Assembly (NCBI GenBank): GCA_012729855.1 | Contig: JAAYCI010000097.1 | Location: 12,101-76,100 of the forward strand | Direction: 5' to 3' | Origin: Oscillospiraceae bacterium | GTDB lineage: Bacteria > Bacillota > Clostridia > Oscillospirales > Ruminococcaceae | Length of the DNA: 64,000 nt | Shown: positions 62,418 through 64,000 of the stretch, in pieces | Layout: every line of letters begins with the position of its first letter | Numbering within the stretch: the first letter of the stretch is position 1 | Made by a program: the position numbers and the translations under genes | The notes under the pieces: model-generated | Database searches by the model: none | Told to the model about the DNA's origin: nothing | What the model saw: only the letters and a program-made list of their open reading frames with translations

Positions 62418-62582
62418 GCAGGATATTCATCTGGCGTCATGGGGCGAAACCAAGAGAGACCAGCTTGGGGCGCAAGTACAAATATGGGTGTATAAGCATT
62501 TTCAACGGGCTGATAGACCCAATAAGTTTGTTGTAATCGCCATAAAACGATTTTATTTTAAGAATAATGCCACAATAATAAA

Positions 62583-63287
62583 CTATATAGAGGTGTCCAG
62601 CGTTTTTAGGGCGTCTATGGCAGCCACCACAATGGCGGATGCGGTGGTGACATAGGCCGATATGTCAAATTTATCCGCGCCATCGAAAGAGAGCGCTTCG
62701 TCGCAGTTATCGCTCATGGCGCGCAGCACCACAAAGGGCACGTTGTTGCGCATGGCAATCTGGGCCACGGCGGCGCCCTCCATCTCCACACAGTCGGGGT
62801 GGCACTTTTCCTGAATCCGGCGCTTGGTCTCGGTGTCGCCAATGAACTGGTCGCCGGTGGCAATGCGGCCCACCAGGTACCGCACGCCGGTCAGCTCGCA
62901 GGCCTGTTTGGCCACGTCCACCAGCAGCGGGTGGGCGGTGTACAGCGCGGTGTAGGGCGGGCAGAGGGCCAGCAGCTCGTCCGAGGCATCGTGGTAAAAC
63001 ACCTCTTGGCCAATCACCACGTCGCCAATGCCGATCTCGCTGCTCATGTTGCCGGCAACGCCGCTGAACAGGATGCCCTGGGCGCCGTATTGGGTGATGA
63101 GCATTTGGGTGGCGGCGGCGGCGTTGGCCTTGCCCATGCCGGCACAACACACCACCACCCGGCGGCCGGCCCGGTGGCCGTGGTGGTATACCACGCCGCC
63201 CACCTCCTCGCTTTTGCCTTCGTTCAGCGCGGCCATAATCTGCTCTACTTCTTCCTGAATTGCACCAAGAACACCAATGGTTTTCAT
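62583..63287 (-). CDS. mtnN: 5'-methylthioadenosine/S-adenosylhomocysteine nucleosidase
   Basis: MKTIGVLGAIQEEV, GMGKANAAAATQ, SGVAGN and EMEGAAVAQ motifs. Confidence 0.92.
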   Translation of the reverse strand: MKTIGVLGAIQEEVEQIMAALNEGKSEEVGGVVYHHGHRAGRRVVVCCAGMGKANAAAATQMLITQYGAQGILFSGVAGNMSSEIGIGDVVIGQEVFYHDASDELLALCPPYTALYTAHPLLVDVAKQACELTGVRYLVGRIATGDQFIGDTETKRRIQEKCHPDCVEMEGAAVAQIAMRNNVPFVVLRAMSDNCDEALSFDGADKFDISAYVTTASAIVVAAIDALKTLDTSI

Positions 63288-63408
63288 CTATAGGCCTCCC
63301 TGTAATGTGATGGCTGCTGCGTTATTTGGGTAACACGCCAAAGCGGCGTGTTGTTCACAAAGTGTTTTTATTTGTGGTGTATCATGAAGCGGTTGTTTGC
63401 AAGTTGGC

Positions 63409-64000
63409 CTACACGTTGAACCGGAAAAGCGTCACGTCGCCGTCGCGCATCACGTAGTCCTTGCCCTCGCTGCGCACCAGGCCCTTTTCCTTGGCGGCGG
63501 CCATGCTGCCGTTGGCCACCAGGTCGTCGAAGGTCACCACCTCGGCGCGGATGAAGCCACGCTCGAAGTCGGAGTGGATTTTCCCCGCGGCCTGCGGGGC
63601 CTTGGTGCCCCGGGTAATCGTCCAGGCGCGCACCTCCGGCTCGCCGGCCGTTAAAAAGCTGATAAGCCCCAGCAGGGCGTAGCCCTCGGTGATGAGGTTT
63701 TCCAGCCCGGAGGCCGAAAGGCCCAGCTCGGCCAGAAAGGCCTTGCGTTCGTCCGGCGGCATGGGCGCAATGTCCTCCTCAATTTTGGCGCAGATGGGCA
63801 GGCAGCCGGCCTGCTCTTTTTGGGCAATCTGGCGCACCACCGGCAGCCAGGGGTTGTCGTCCAGCCCGGCCAGCAGGTCGTCCTCGCTCACGTTGGCCGC
63901 GTAAATGACAGGTTTTCCGCTTAGCAGCGGCATTTCAGCCAGCAGGGCGGCCTCGTCGTCGTTTTGGGGCGCAAAGCTGCGGGCAGATTGCCCGGCGTCC
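63409..64000 (-). CDS. ychF: Redox-regulated ATPase YchF (C-terminal part; the gene continues past the window end)
   Basis: AWTI..G..APQAAG.IHSDFE.GFIRAEV and DGDV..FRFNV are C-terminal signatures. The reading frame stays open to position 64000. Confidence 0.9.
   Translation of the reverse strand, partial: DAGQSARSFAPQNDDEAALLAEMPLLSGKPVIYAANVSEDDLLAGLDDNPWLPVVRQIAQKEQAGCLPICAKIEEDIAPMPPDERKAFLAELGLSASGLENLITEGYALLGLISFLTAGEPEVRAWTITRGTKAPQAAGKIHSDFERGFIRAEVVTFDDLVANGSMAAAKEKGLVRSEGKDYVMRDGDVTLFRFNV

Overview
This window is the chromosomal replication-origin region of a high-G+C Bacillota genome. The gene order looks Clostridia/Oscillospirales-like, but that assignment is inference from gene order and composition only.

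Gene layout:
- Minus strand, running away from the origin: dnaA, dnaN, yaaA, recF, remB, gyrB, gyrA.
- Plus strand, on the other side: rpmH, rnpA, yidD, yidC, jag, mnmE, mnmG, rsmG, soj, spo0J, serS, then tRNA-Met and tRNA-Glu.
- The dnaA-dnaN spacer looks like a Bacillus-type oriC: DnaA-box-like motifs, a GC cluster, a TAG-trio array and an AT-rich stretch. Two perfect parS palindromes lie between rsmG and soj.
- The left third carries the yaaO-like decarboxylase / darA / holB / ricT block, a class II ribonucleotide reductase (nrdJ), trkA plus two tandem trkH paralogs, ilvE and a very large pyruvate:ferredoxin oxidoreductase (PFOR).
- Low-G+C accessory patches at about 25-31 kb and 54-60 kb hold small HTH regulators, membrane proteins and low-complexity proteins.

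Most unusual observations:
1. A family of about 175-bp hairpin-rich elements with TA-flanked inverted termini. There are four full copies and one 53-bp internally deleted copy, all in intergenic spaces of core operons.
2. A PFOR of about 1590 aa carrying three tandem 122-aa (366-bp) Cys-containing modules at the domain III/V junction. These modules are paralogous to a module in the enzyme's own TPP domain.
3. Tandem trkH genes: the first is interrupted by an in-frame TAG, and the conserved N-terminus of the second begins at an ATC codon.
4. Unusually long low-complexity extensions on YidC, Jag (an RGG tail), NrdJ, an HTH protein and a polytopic membrane protein.
5. A visibly lower-G+C block covering mnmE-mnmG-rsmG.

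I saw no CRISPR array, rRNA, recognisable transposase gene or recognisable defence system. All family assignments come from reading the translated ORFs and motifs by eye; no database search was run.
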